The notes beneath the pieces are model-generated. The model saw only the letters and a list, made by a program, of their open reading frames with translations, was not told the origin of the DNA and searched no databases. A DNA stretch of 64,000 bases from Phoronis australis (lineage: Eukaryota; Animalia; Phoronida). Shown in pieces: positions 63,760 to 64,000 of this stretch. Within the stretch, counting starts at the first letter, position 1. Each line of letters starts with the position of its first letter. Both the position numbers and the translations under genes were made by a program. The stretch covers positions 449,942-513,941 of the forward strand of contig NMRA01000177.1 in NCBI GenBank assembly GCA_002633005.1, in the 5' to 3' direction.

Positions 63760-64000
63760 GTAAGTCGTAAAACTCTGTGGTTGGTCTGTGGTATGCAGCT
63801 ATTGCTTATATTGTGCTCTAGGGAATACAGAAGATGCCAAAGTCATGGTAATCACATGTCCTGGTGTCTGAGGGCAATTGCATTGCATAGATATAAGAAT
63901 CTTGTAAGATCACACACGGTTTCCATTCTATAAGTGAAGATTTTTCACTGCAAGTGCTTTACAAGTATCTTAGGTCTATAGAACACTGCCCATAGTTAGT

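Overview
Eukaryotic (animal, probably marine invertebrate; taxon not determinable here) AT-rich genomic DNA with one 821-nt assembly gap (1818-2638). The main feature is the 5' half of a + strand ADAMTS7/12-type secreted metalloprotease gene. Eight coding exons (11994-63759) splice in frame through GT-AG introns and encode a signal peptide, prodomain, furin site RHKR and the reprolysin domain (HELGHNFGMKHD, Met-turn). The gene continues past the window end. Intron 2 is about 37.3 kb. Non-coding DNA holds several families of short non-autonomous DNA transposons: a CAG-ended family with exact 5-bp TSDs, TA-flanked Tc1/mariner-like families and Harbinger-like elements. It also holds a DINE-1/HINE-like element nested inside a MITE, tRNA-derived SINE heads and several minisatellites. 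The first ~7 kb may be the 3' end of an unidentified upstream gene. I found no convincing novel multi-gene system. The best leads are transposon architecture, a candidate recursive splice site and regulatory motif clusters. All alignments and counts were done by eye.
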